Assembly: GCA_963514005.1 (NCBI GenBank)
Contig: OY740785.1
Location: 79,856,001-79,920,000, forward strand
Direction of reading: 5' to 3'
DNA length: 64,000 nt
From: Raja brachyura
Taxonomy: Eukaryota
A program made the position numbers and the translations under genes. Of this stretch, positions 11,520 through 22,030 are shown piece after piece; position 1 is the first letter of the stretch, and the number at the start of each line of letters is the position of its first letter. The notes below the pieces were generated by a model. That model was given only the letters and a program-made list of their open reading frames with translations. It was not told where the DNA came from and searched no databases.

Positions 11520-14093
11520 AGTAGTATTGGAGTTGGGGATGGCATCAAACAGGAAATTAGAAATGCGTGCAACAAGGGTAACACGGTTATAATGGGTGAC
11601 TTCAATCTGCATGTAGATTGGGTGAATCAAATTGGCAGGGGTGCTGAGGAAGAGGATTTCCTGGAATGTATGCGGGATAGTTTTCTCAACCAACATGTGG
11701 AGGAACCAACGAGAGAGCAGGCTATTCTAGACTGGGTATTGAGTAATGAGGAAGGGTTAGTTAGCAGTCTTGTTGTGCGTGGCCCCTTGGGCAAGAGTGA
11801 CCATAATATGGTTGAGTTCTTCATTAGGATGGAGAGTGACAAAATTAAGTCAGAAACAAGGGTTCTGAACTTGAACAAAAGTAACTTTGAAGGTATGAGA
11901 TGTGAATTGGCCAAGATAGACTGGCAGGTGATTCTTAAAGGGTTGACAGTGGATGTGCAATGGAAGGTATTTAAAGACTGCATGGATGAAGTACAAAAGT
12001 TGTTCATACCAGTTTGGCAAAAGAATAAATCGGGGAAGGTGGTGCATCCATGGATAACAAGGGAAATCAGGGATAGTATAAAAACAAAAGATGAGGCATA
12101 CAAATTTGCCAGAAAAAGCAGCCTACCGGAGGACTGGGAGAAATTCAGAATCCAGCAGAGGAGGACAAAGGGCTTAATTAGGAAAGGGAAAATAGATTAT
12201 GAAAGGAAACTGGCAGGGAACATAAAAACTGACTGCAAAAGTTTTTATAGATATGTAAAGAGAAAGAGACTAGTTAAAACAAATGTTGGTCCCTTGCAGT
12301 CAGAAACAGGTGAATTGATCATGGGGAACAAGGACATGGCAGACCAATTGAATAACTACTTTGGTTCTGTCTTCACTAAGGAAGACATAAATAATCTGCC
12401 GGAAATAGCAGTGGAACGGGGGTCAAATAAGATGGAGGAACTGAGTGAAATCCAGGTTAGCCGGGAGGTGGTGTTGGGTAAATTGAACGGATTGAAGGCC
12501 GATCAATCCCCAGGGCCAGATAGTCTGCATCCCAGAGTACTCAAGGAGGTAGCCACAGAAATAGTGGATGCATTAGTGATAATTTTTCAAAATTCCTTAG
12601 ATTCTGGAGTAGTTCCTGAGGATTGGAGGGTAGCTAATGTAACCCCACTTTTTAAAAAAGGAGGGAGAGAGAAAGCGGGGAATTACAGACCAGTTAGTCT
12701 AACATCGGTAGTGGGGAAACTGCTAGAGTCAGTTATTAAAGATGGGATAGCAGCGCATTTGGAAAGTGGTGAAATCATTGGACAAAGTCAGCATGGATTT
12801 ACGAAAGGTAAATCATGTCTGACAAACCTGATAGAATTTTTTGAGGATGTAACTAGTAGAGTGGATAAGGGAGAACCAGTGGATGTGTTATATCTAGACT
12901 TTCAGAAGGCTTTTGACAAGGTCCTGCATAAGAGATTAGCATACAAACTTAAAGCACACGGTATTGGGGGTTCAGTATTGATGTGGATAGAGAACTGGCT
13001 AGCAGACAGGAGGCAAAGGGTAGGAGTAAACGGGTCCTTTTCAGAATGGCAGGCAGTGACTAGTGGGGTGCCGCAAGGCTCAGTGCTGGGACCCCAGCTA
13101 TTTACAATATATATTAATGATTTGGACGAGGGAATTCAATGCAACATCTCCAAATTTGCAGATGATACCAAGCTGGGGGGTATAGTTAGGTGTGAGGAGG
13201 ATGCTTGGAGGCTGCAGGGTGATTTGGATAGGCTGAGTGAATGGGCAGATGCATGGCAGATGCAGTACAATGTGGATAAATGTGAGGTTATCCACTTTGG
13301 TGGCAAAAACATGAGGGTAGACTATTATCTGAATGGTGGCAGATTAGGTAAGGGGGAGATGCAACGAGACCTGGGTGTCATGGTACACCAGTCATTGAAA
13401 GTAGGCATGCAGGTGCAGCAGGCAGTGAAGAAAGCAAATGGTATGTTAGCATTCATAGCGAAAGGATTTGAGTATAGGAGCAGGGAGGTTCTACTGCAGT
13501 TGTACAGGGTTTTGGTGAGGCCACACCTGGAGTACTGCGTACAGTTTTGGTCTCCAAATCTGAGGAAAGACATCCTTGCCATAGAGGGGGTACAGAGAAG
13601 ATTCACCAGACTGATTCCTGGGATGTCAGGACTTTCATATGAGGAAAGATTGGATAGACTCGGTTTGTACTCGATGGAATTTAGAAGATTGAGGGGGGAT
13701 CTTATAGAAACCTACAAAATTCTTAAGGGGTTGGACAAGCTAGATGCTGGAAGATTGTTCCCGATGTTGGGGGAGTCCAGAACAAGGGGTCACAGTCTAA
13801 GGATAAGGGGGAATTCCTTTAGGATTGAAATGAGGAAAACATTCTTTACACAGAGAGTGGTGAGTCTCTGGAATTCTCTGCCACAGAAGGTAGTTGAGGC
13901 CAGTTCATTGGCTATATTTAAGAGGGCGTTAGATGTGGCACTTGTGGCTAAAGGGAACAGGGGGTATGGAGAGAAGGCAGGTACGGGATACTGAGTTGGA
14001 TGATCAGCCATGATCACATTGAATGGCGGTGCAGGCTCGAAGGGCCGAATGGCCTACTCCTGCACCTATTTTCTATTTTCTATGTTTCTATGT
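11520..14093 (+). mobile_element. Young 5'-truncated CR1 (HER1-like) LINE
   Basis: Uninterrupted ORF2, 3' UTR with hairpin-like segment and tttctatg tail. A short gtaac repeat sits at both junctions. Confidence 0.95.
11592..13994 (+). CDS. CR1 ORF2 (C-terminal part of APE endonuclease plus complete reverse transcriptase), 800 aa without stops
   Basis: MGDFN, SDH, SPGPD, YRPVSLTS, QHGF, YLDFQKAFDKV, SGVPQGSVLGP, KFADD motifs. Confidence 0.95.
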   Translation: MGDFNLHVDWVNQIGRGAEEEDFLECMRDSFLNQHVEEPTREQAILDWVLSNEEGLVSSLVVRGPLGKSDHNMVEFFIRMESDKIKSETRVLNLNKSNFEGMRCELAKIDWQVILKGLTVDVQWKVFKDCMDEVQKLFIPVWQKNKSGKVVHPWITREIRDSIKTKDEAYKFARKSSLPEDWEKFRIQQRRTKGLIRKGKIDYERKLAGNIKTDCKSFYRYVKRKRLVKTNVGPLQSETGELIMGNKDMADQLNNYFGSVFTKEDINNLPEIAVERGSNKMEELSEIQVSREVVLGKLNGLKADQSPGPDSLHPRVLKEVATEIVDALVIIFQNSLDSGVVPEDWRVANVTPLFKKGGREKAGNYRPVSLTSVVGKLLESVIKDGIAAHLESGEIIGQSQHGFTKGKSCLTNLIEFFEDVTSRVDKGEPVDVLYLDFQKAFDKVLHKRLAYKLKAHGIGGSVLMWIENWLADRRQRVGVNGSFSEWQAVTSGVPQGSVLGPQLFTIYINDLDEGIQCNISKFADDTKLGGIVRCEEDAWRLQGDLDRLSEWADAWQMQYNVDKCEVIHFGGKNMRVDYYLNGGRLGKGEMQRDLGVMVHQSLKVGMQVQQAVKKANGMLAFIAKGFEYRSREVLLQLYRVLVRPHLEYCVQFWSPNLRKDILAIEGVQRRFTRLIPGMSGLSYEERLDRLGLYSMEFRRLRGDLIETYKILKGLDKLDAGRLFPMLGESRTRGHSLRIRGNSFRIEMRKTFFTQRVVSLWNSLPQKVVEASSLAIFKRALDVALVAKGNRGYGEKAGTGY

Positions 14094-14210
14094 AACCTGG
14101 AGCAATTCCAGTGGACCCATTGAAAGAAATAACTGCAGATAAAAGCACAGATTAAAATAAGCACATTTTTAAAAATGGGGTTAATTTAAATCCATTTCAA
14201 TTGTTAACAC

Positions 14211-14335
14211 AAGGAACTGCAGGTGCTGTTTACAAAAAGAAAAACACACAAAATGCTGGTGTAACTCAATGGGTCAGGCAGCAACTTTGGAAGCTATGGA
14301 TAGGTGACGTTTTGGGTCAGGACCCTTCTTTACAC
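14211..14335 (-). mobile_element. Penelope-derived hammerhead repeat, degenerate
   Basis: aaggaactgcaggtgctg...ggtgacgttttgggtcaggacccttctt, homologous to 5414-5542. Confidence 0.7.
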
Positions 14336-14705
14336 ACTTAATTGTTTACGTGTTTTAAGTCCATTTAAAAAATATTATTTATTGATATTTTAGATGTTTT
14401 TAATGATATATATGTTTTAATGATGCATATGATTGGAGAGCCCTATGTTGCCCTGGGTTTCTAAGATCAGCAAGGAGCTGGCTTCCCAAAGACAAAATAT
14501 CTCAGAGTATCTGTGCTGAATAAGAACTGTATTTTAGGACAGGGAAATGGTTAAACCTGTGAGGATAAAATGACAGTCACGAGATTATAGAGGGATGTTT
14601 TCATTCAGTGATTTTAAAATAAGAATGCTGTTTAATAGTAGGCTATTGTTTAATCATGAACCTGTGGAGGGACAACACAAAGAGGTGACGGGTGAGTGGC
14701 ACTTG

Positions 14706-15330
14706 AAACATAGAAACACAGAAACATAGAAAATATGTGCAGGAATAGGCCATTTGGCCCTTCAAGCCAGCACCACCATTCAATATGATCATGGCTAATC
14801 AAACAGAATCAGTACTCTGTTCCTGCTTTCTCCCGATATCCTTTGATTCCGTTAGCCCTAAGAGCTTAACTCTCTCTTGAATACACCCATTGAATTGGCC
14901 TCCACTGCCTTCGGTGGCAGAAAATTCCACAGACTCACAACTCTCTGGCTGAAAAAGATTTTCCTCATCTCAGTCCTAAATAGCCTGCCCTTTAGTCTTA
15001 AACTGTGAGCCCCGGTTCCGGTCACCCCCAACATCGGGAACATTTTTCTAATTGTATATGTTTCTATAACATTGCCCTCTCATCCTTCTAAATTCCAGTG
15101 AATATAAGCCCAGTCAATCCATTCTTTCATCATATGTCAGTTCCGTCATCCCGGGAATTAACCTGGTGAACCTACTCTGCACTCAATAGCAAGAATGTTG
15201 TTCCTCAAATTAGGAGACCAAAATTGCACACAATACTCCAGGTGTGGTTTAACCAGCCATGTACAACTGTAGTTGGACCTCCTTGTTCCTATACTTAAAT
15301 CCTCTCGCTATGAAGGCCAACATGCCATCA
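14706..15330 (-). mobile_element. CR1 3' fragment
   Basis: aaacatagaa tail repeats; ORF 14858-15043 FPMLG...FFSQRVVSLWN. Confidence 0.88.
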
Positions 15331-15759
15331 GAAGATCTGAGAATCAGCATGTATTTCTGCCCGAAGGGTTTATCTAGTGTCAGGTGGCTCTAAATCATCT
15401 TCCATACCAGGTCAAAGTATCCCAAGTGACTGGAAACCTTCTGGGACCAAGATTTCCTTCACTGGTACATGCACACCATACTGGATTCCACCATTGTAAT
15501 GTCTCTGTCAACCCAATCAGAGTTTAAATGCATTTAAATGTATATTTTCTGGATTGTAAGAGGAAGAATACTTTGAAATGAATATGATCTTATTAACACT
15601 GTAATGTGAACACTGCATTTTGCATTCTGGTATTTTTTTCTTTTGTTCTGCTTGTTATACATGTGTACAGCTTGATTGCACTCATCTACAGTAATGCTTG
15701 ACTGGATAGCATTCAAATAATGCTTTTCACTCTATCTTATTATAATAATAAACCAATTG

Positions 15760-16352
15760 AAGGAAGTCATGTTGCAACTTAACGACTTTGGTTAGGCCGC
15801 ATTTGGAACATTGCGTGTTGTTTTGGTCACCACATTACCGTCAGGATATGAAGGCTTTTGGGAGGGTTTGGAAGGGGTTTCGCGGAAAGTTGTCTGGATT
15901 GGAAGATGATAGATATAAAGAGTTTGGATAAACTTTGATTTTTGTTTCTCCAGTTTCAGAGACTGACGGGAGATCCGATGGAGGTATTTCAAATTATGAG
16001 AGGCATAGATAGGGTAGAAAGTCAGAACATTTTCCAAGGGTGGTAATGCCAAAGACTGTAGGGAATAACTTTAAGATGAGATGAGGATAGTTTAAAGAAT
16101 ATGAGTGAATAATGCTTTTTTAGCACAAAAATGGCCTGGAATGCACTGCCAGGAATGGTGGTGGAGACGTATCTGATTGAGGTATTTAAGAGACTTCTAG
16201 AAAGGCACATGAACATGTAGGACATGGAGGAACATGGATAACGTGCTGATAGAGATGATTAGTTTAATTTGGCATGATGTTGAGCACAGGCAATGTGGGC
16301 CGAAGCTGTTCCTTTGCTGTTTTGTTCTATGTTCTATGTTCTATGTTCTATG
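15760..16352 (+). mobile_element. Decayed CR1 3' fragment
   Basis: ggttaggccgcatttggaa...ttttggtcaccacattac; ends in (gttctat)n. Confidence 0.8.
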
Positions 16353-16462
16353 TCACAATTGCCTAAAGCAACCCTTCCTTATTTTGGTGTGGTGGGTTGG
16401 GGTACCAGGTGTCCATGTTCCATGGCATGAAATTAGGTGAACCTAACATCATGTTTGGCATG

Positions 16463-16624
16463 AAGGTAGACACAAAAAGCTGGAGTAGCTCAGCAGGACA
16501 GGCAGAATCTCTGGAGAGAAGGAACGGGTGACATTTCGGGTTGACACTCTTCTTCAGACTAGTCAGGGAAAAGGGAAACGAGAGATATGGAGGACGATGT
16601 AGAGAGATAAATAACAATGAATGA
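16463..16624 (-). mobile_element. Penelope-derived hammerhead repeat
   Basis: Reverse complement reads agtCTGAAGAagagtgtcaacccGAAAtgtcaccc; it also shares the upstream tttcccttttccctgact with 4310-4330. Confidence 0.8.
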
Positions 16625-17334
16625 TGTTTGGCATGGACATTATAGGCTGAAGAACCTGTTCCTGTGCTGTACTCTTCTATGTTCAACACCAATGCTTATT
16701 AGCCTACCCGTTTGGGTTATGGGAGGAAACTCCTACAGACACACGGAGAATGCACTGGACAGGTAACATGTTAAATCAGGATTGAACCTGGATTTTTTGC
16801 GTTGTGCGGCAGCAGCTCCACTGGCAGCTCCTCTGTGGCATTCATTTTCTGGTTCTTGCCAGTTTGGGAGAACTGTTTCCTTCACCAGGAACCTGATTGC
16901 AATTCAACCAGTTGCATCAACTCTAACATAAGCTGTTTTCCCTGCAGCAGGTTTATTCTGACTTTAAGAACAAAAGCAACATTTTGTTTGATGGAGCATC
17001 CTCTTGTGTGCTGTTTCCAGATGTCAGCCTCAAACCTAAGGTAGAGAAAATGATTAATAACCATATGAAAGAATCTGCAGTGTTTACATAGATTGACTGT
17101 TTGTTGTGTGCTGATGATGCTCAAAACACTTCTGCAGCAATTTTAACATTATCGAATGGAGGAAGTATACCAGAGCAACTCAGTAAAAACAAGCCAGCAA
17201 TAATTTTTCTGCATCATCTGGCAAAATATATTTGTGCACTTAAGTATTAATTAGACATTAATTGCATAACCTATCAGACAAGCTATTTAGATGGCAAAAT
17301 CATGAAGTGGTTAGGCCATTTTTTTTTAAAAGGC

Positions 17335-17456
17335 AAAGATAGACGCAAAATGCTGGAGCAACTCAACTGATCAGGCAGCATCTCTCGAGAAAATGGATAG
17401 GTGACATTTCGGCGAAGATGGGTCCCGAACTGAAACCAGCATCTGCACTTCCTTTC
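17335..17456. mobile_element. Collapsed palindromic Penelope-derived repeat
   Basis: Minus-strand arm (aaatgctggag...gtgacatttcgg) joined to a plus-strand arm (gaagatgggtcccgaactgaaac...cagcatctgcacttcctt). Confidence 0.65.
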
Positions 17457-18618
17457 CATTGCTTTTTGAAGGCAATTTATGTATGCTCTAAAACTAAATT
17501 CATGTAATCAAACATAAAAGTCAATCGGACCAGAGTGGTATGATGCTCTGTTCTAGCAATGCAGCCTGAGAACTATCAGCCTTTTTTAGCAGATGATACA
17601 ACAGTACTCACTATTCCACAGAAGTAATCTGGTCAGTAACCACCTTGTATCCTTGTGTAAAACTAATTGATCTCCACAGAACCAAGGATGTTTATATCAT
17701 TCGACAATCAAGCACAACCAGGGATGGGCAATTAAATGTTGGTTCAGCTGCAAAACCCACGTCCCTTGATTGAAGAAATAAGTAGCGAAGCTTTAAAAAT
17801 TTGCTGACATCACTAATGATTCATAGGCTGTTGAATTAAATGCAATAAATATTTTTTCACAGAAACAGAAGAGACAGCAAATGCTGGAACATGGAGCAAG
17901 AAATACCTGGTCGAACTCAGAGGGACATGTTTCATCTGGGAAAGGAAGTGAACAGATGACGATTCCAGTTGGGACCCTTCATTCATTTGTTTACATTTCT
18001 GTTTGTGATACCTCACTGCTCTTATAAAGTACCCCTGCACACAATGTCCAAGAAAGAGTCCATTCAGCCCATTATGTTCTTGCCAGTGCAGAGGAGAGAG
18101 CCCGATCAGTCCCTTTCCCCTTGTCTTGATTCACATGTAGGCCTTAAACCTTCTCTCTGTCTTATATGATAAGTCAGAGATATCATATTGTCTTTTGATT
18201 CTTTTACCACTTATCTACGTCAAGGGGTAAGTTACAGTAGCCAACTAATTTACCAGCACATCTTTTGCATTGTGGGAGCTTTTTTTAAATGTGGCTTTAA
18301 AAGTAGGAAGTAAACATGTCAGAGAAAATAATAATTTGAGTGAAAGTTGTAAATGACTGATATTGAAGCTCCTCAGCCAGTGTGCCCAACCAACAGAATA
18401 TGACAGAATTATTGTGTTCAACTTTTGTCACCCTGCTATAAGGCAGATGCCATTAAGCTGGAAAGAATGCAGTAAATAATTATGAGATGTTTCCAAAACC
18501 CAAGGGACTAAGTTATGGGGAGAGGTTGGACAGGCTAAGACTTTCTTCCTTGGTGCATAGGAGACTGAGATGTGATCGGAAAGAATTGTATAAAATCATG
18601 GGGCATAGATAGGGTCAA

Positions 18619-18834
18619 GTGTAGGAAGGAACTGCAGATGCTAGTTTCAACCGAAGATAGACACAAAATGCTGGAGTAACCCAGCGGGACAGGCAGCATC
18701 TCTGGAGAGAATGAATGGGTGACGTTTCAGGTCAAGGCTTTCTGAAGAAGGCCCTTAACCTGAAACGTCACCCAATTCTTCTCTCCAGAGATGCTGCCTG
18801 TCCAGCTGAGTTGCTCCAACCTTTTGTGTCTGTT
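18619..18834. mobile_element. Palindromic Penelope-derived insertion with hammerhead core and 14-bp TSD
   Basis: atagatagggtcaa at 18605-18618 and 18835-18848. The arms at ~18659-18733 and ~18758-18831 are inverted repeats. Confidence 0.88.
18738..18774 (+). ncRNA. Putative minimal type I hammerhead ribozyme motif
   Basis: CUGAAGA (18742-18748), stem II AGG/CCU, GAAAC (18762-18766), then GUC cleavage triplet with palindromic ACGU in place of loop III. Stem I is weak and activity is not shown. Confidence 0.6.
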
Positions 18835-19870
18835 ATAGATAGGGTCAACACACACAGTCTTTTTCTCAGGGCTGGGTAAATCAAGAACTGGAGAGCATGA
18901 GTTTAAAGTGAGGGGGGAAAGATTTAAAAAGAATCTGAGGGGCTACCTTTTCACACAAAGGTTTGGTCATACATGGATTAAGCTGCCAGAGAAAGTGGAG
19001 GAAGTAGTTACAATAATAACATTTAAGTAATTTGGACAGTTACCTGGATAGGAATGGTTTAGAAGGATATGAGTCAAATGTGGGCAAATGGGACCAGTGT
19101 GGATGAGCAGGGCTGAGTTAGACCAAAGGACCTGTTTCCATGCTGTACGACTCTGTGACTCTATGACTTGATGCTTGCCTGACATTAGTTAGGTAATGAC
19201 TGAACTTTTCTATCATTCTTTTCGTACTTGTCCCTACATCATTGAATTTCACGGGTGCGTAAAACCCCACTGACCCCAGCTCTGAATATACTCAATGATT
19301 ATCCGTCTTCTGGGTTGGCAGCCTCCTTGAAAGAGAAACATTCCCACAGCCTAGACTTAGATGGGATACTCTTTATTCTGAGACTATAACTCTTTGTCCC
19401 ACATTCTTCAGCAAGAGCCGCATCCTTCAAGCATTGATTCCGTCAAGCTCGATCTTTGCAGATATAAGGCAGTGCTCTCTTCCTAATCAGACCTCGACAC
19501 AATTGTTCTTTGTGACTTCCACTGAAGACAGGCACAAAGCAGTTGTTTAATACTCTGTCATTTCCATGTTCTGCTTCAACGTTTCTTTTCTTTCTTTCTT
19601 CTAAAGAACCACCATTATCCTTGCTAATCTTTTCCTTTGTACAATGTTGCACAGACTCTCACAATTTTACGTTCCTTACTAGTTTACCCCACCCCCTCAT
19701 TCTTAATTTCTCGTTAATCCTTGGCCTTTAATACTCTGATTCCTCCACATTTTCACTCATATTAGCAACACGGAAATCCTCCATAACCCTCTCCCTAATT
19801 TTGTTTTCATGTGGAGTTTCTATTCTTCAAAATAATCTATATTGGTTAACAATTATGAATTATTCAGTTA

Positions 19871-20608
19871 AGGGCCTGTCCCACTGATGCGACTTTACAG
19901 TGACTGTCTTCGATCTTCAAACTCGAGGGCACTTGCCTGGAAAACCTCGACCGTCAGCAATGAAACCACGAGCTGGATCGACCGACCGCGCACACACACA
20001 CACAAACACATCGCAAAGGCGGGGGCCAGGGAAAGCGGGATAGCACTGTCTGAAATTCACACCCGCGATGAACAGGAATGTAAAATACGGCTGCACAGTG
20101 TAGGGTAAGCCTTTAGAGAGTGTGGGGGGGGGGGGGGGGGGAGCGAAGGGGAGGGAAGGGGGGGGAGAAAAGGGGGAGAAGGAGTGGAGACACTTTTAAG
20201 AAGCCAGACAACTTATAATAAAGTTTAGCGGGCATTTAAATTACTGGTCGGTTTTCCTTGGTCCTGAAAATTCCAATGAGCCAATTAAAATGCCCGGTCA
20301 GCGTAGGAGATTGCCTACGGCTGCCCTCGACTGCCTATAACTACATAGCGACCTCACTCCACTGCACTACGAGTTCAAAAGAACCATACTGACCAATTTT
20401 TACTTGCAGAAAATGTTTCAACATGCTGAAAATTTTTCCTCGACCAAACTGAGGCCGCGAGTATGCGGGAACTTCCCTCGAGCATGAAGGAGAGTTCCAG
20501 TGTCCTCATAGGACCTCCTGGGACCACATGTCGACCATGCTGCGAGTTTGAGTCAAGGGCAAATTCTTCTAAACTCGCAGATTAGGTCCCCGCAGTGGGA
20601 CAGCCCCT
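19871..20608. mobile_element. PIF/Harbinger-type MITE
   Basis: TIRs agggcctgtcccact / agtgggacagcccct; TTA on both sides (19868-19870, 20609-20611); no coding capacity. Confidence 0.88.
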
Positions 20609-20967
20609 TTACATGGTAACTATTGCTTTTCCTGCTTATTGCTGTTAATCCAACCGTAATTACCTGTAATAGGCTGTAAATAAATATTTGTTTGTAAATT
20701 TGCACACAATATTCTAGACTGTCCTGATCTTCAGATGACAGCCTGTAGTAAGGGCTGGTTGTCAGTAGCCTCAACACTGAGCCTAGGTGTCGTTCTAAGC
20801 ACAGTTAATTAATTTCATAATGACTACTATGGACACATAACTTTAATTCTGAGGGGTGCCACAGCAGCACAGTCGACAGAGTGGCTGCCTCAATCTAATC
20901 TCTCATGCTGTCTGTGTGGAGTTTGCATTTTCTCCCCTGTGACCACATGGATTTCTTGCAGCTACTT

Positions 20968-22030
20968 GTGGCACGGTGGAGCAGCGGTAGAGTTGGTGCC
21001 TTAAGCCCCTGTCCCACTTAGGAAACCTGGACGGAAACCCCTGGTGACCTTGCGCCCCACCCAAGGTTTCCATGAGTCGCCAGAGGTTTTGGTCACACGC
21101 CTGCAAAGCCTCGACCGAAGCGTGATCTGCATCTACTGACCAAAGATCCAACAGGATCTTTGATACCGACCACACACAAACAACTCGCGAAGGTGGGGGC
21201 CAGAGACAGCGGAGGAGCGCTGTCTGCACGATGAAGAGGAAGGTAAATGGTTGCCACAGAGCACGGTAAGTCATTTAGAGAGGGAGGGAGAGAAGGACAG
21301 AGCAGGGGAGAGAGAAGGGGAGAGAGAAGGGGAGAGAGAAGGGGGCGAGAGGGAGGGGGAAGGAGTGGAGACAGTTTTAAGAAGTTTAATAAAGTTAGCG
21401 GGCATTTTACCTTCCAGCGGATCTTCTAGCTCCTGAAAACCAAAGATCCTATAAGATCTTTGCTGAAAACTCCAATGAGCCAATCAAAATGGCCGGTCAG
21501 CGAAGGAGATTGCCTTCGACTGCCTGTATGTAAATAGCAACCCCACTCCACTGGCCTCGACCGAACGGCAACCTATTTTTAGTCGAGGCCGGTTTTGAAT
21601 TTGTTGAAGTAATCGCAGGAACATAGAAGAAGCCTCGACTACGCAGAAACCACTTTCGACCATTAGGGAGAGTGACCAAAACCTTTGCGAACCTCACGGA
21701 AACCTTGTGTGGGGCTTAAGGTCACCAAAGGTTTCCGTTCAGGTTTCCTAAGTGGGACGGGCTTTACAGCGCCAAAGACCCGTGTTCAATCCTGACTACA
21801 GGTGCTCTCTTTACGGAGTTTGTACGTTCTCCCCGTGACCTGCATGGGTTTTCTCCGGGTGCTCCAGATTCCTCCCACACTCCAAAGATGTAGAGGTTTG
21901 TAGGCTGATTGGCTTTAAAATTGTAATTTTTCCCTAGTGTGTGCAGAATAGTGCGTGTGTGCGGGGATCGCTGGTCAGCGCGGACTCAGTGAGCCGAAGG
22001 GCCTGTTCCTGTGCTGTACCTCACTGTGAC
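20968..22030 (+). mobile_element. HE1/V-SINE-like SINE split by a MITE
   Basis: The head gtggcacggtggagcagcggtagagttggtgcctta rejoins cagcgccaaagacccgtgttcaatcc after 21766. Confidence 0.88.
21004..21763. mobile_element. PIF/Harbinger-type MITE (related subfamily)
   Basis: Long TIRs agcccctgtcccacttaggaaacctg / caggtttcctaagtgggacgggct; TTA TSD at 21001-21003 and 21764-21766. The interior is homologous to 19871-20608. Confidence 0.92.

Larger units (their letters stand above)
10051..14116 (-). mobile_element. RTE-like bipartite non-autonomous element in three pieces (10051-10225, 11154-11519, ~14094-14116)
   Basis: (CTA)n tail at 10051 on the minus strand and an RTE 5'UTR-like motif ggcagtccaataggagagggaaaactctgacttaaaacc. 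The pieces rejoin across the TSDs ggcc and gtaac. Confidence 0.55.
18410..19165 (+). mobile_element. Decayed CR1 3' fragment (host of the palindromic insertion)
   Basis: CR1 motifs resume exactly across the duplicated atagatagggtcaa. Confidence 0.82.

Noticed and set aside
11627-14017. Several minus-strand ORFs over the CR1
   Set aside because: Antisense shadows of ORF2 with no independent motifs.
19868-20611. Kolobok or piggyBac (TTAA) assignment for the MITEs
   Set aside because: The copy inside a SINE at 21004 shows that only TTA is duplicated, which favours PIF/Harbinger.
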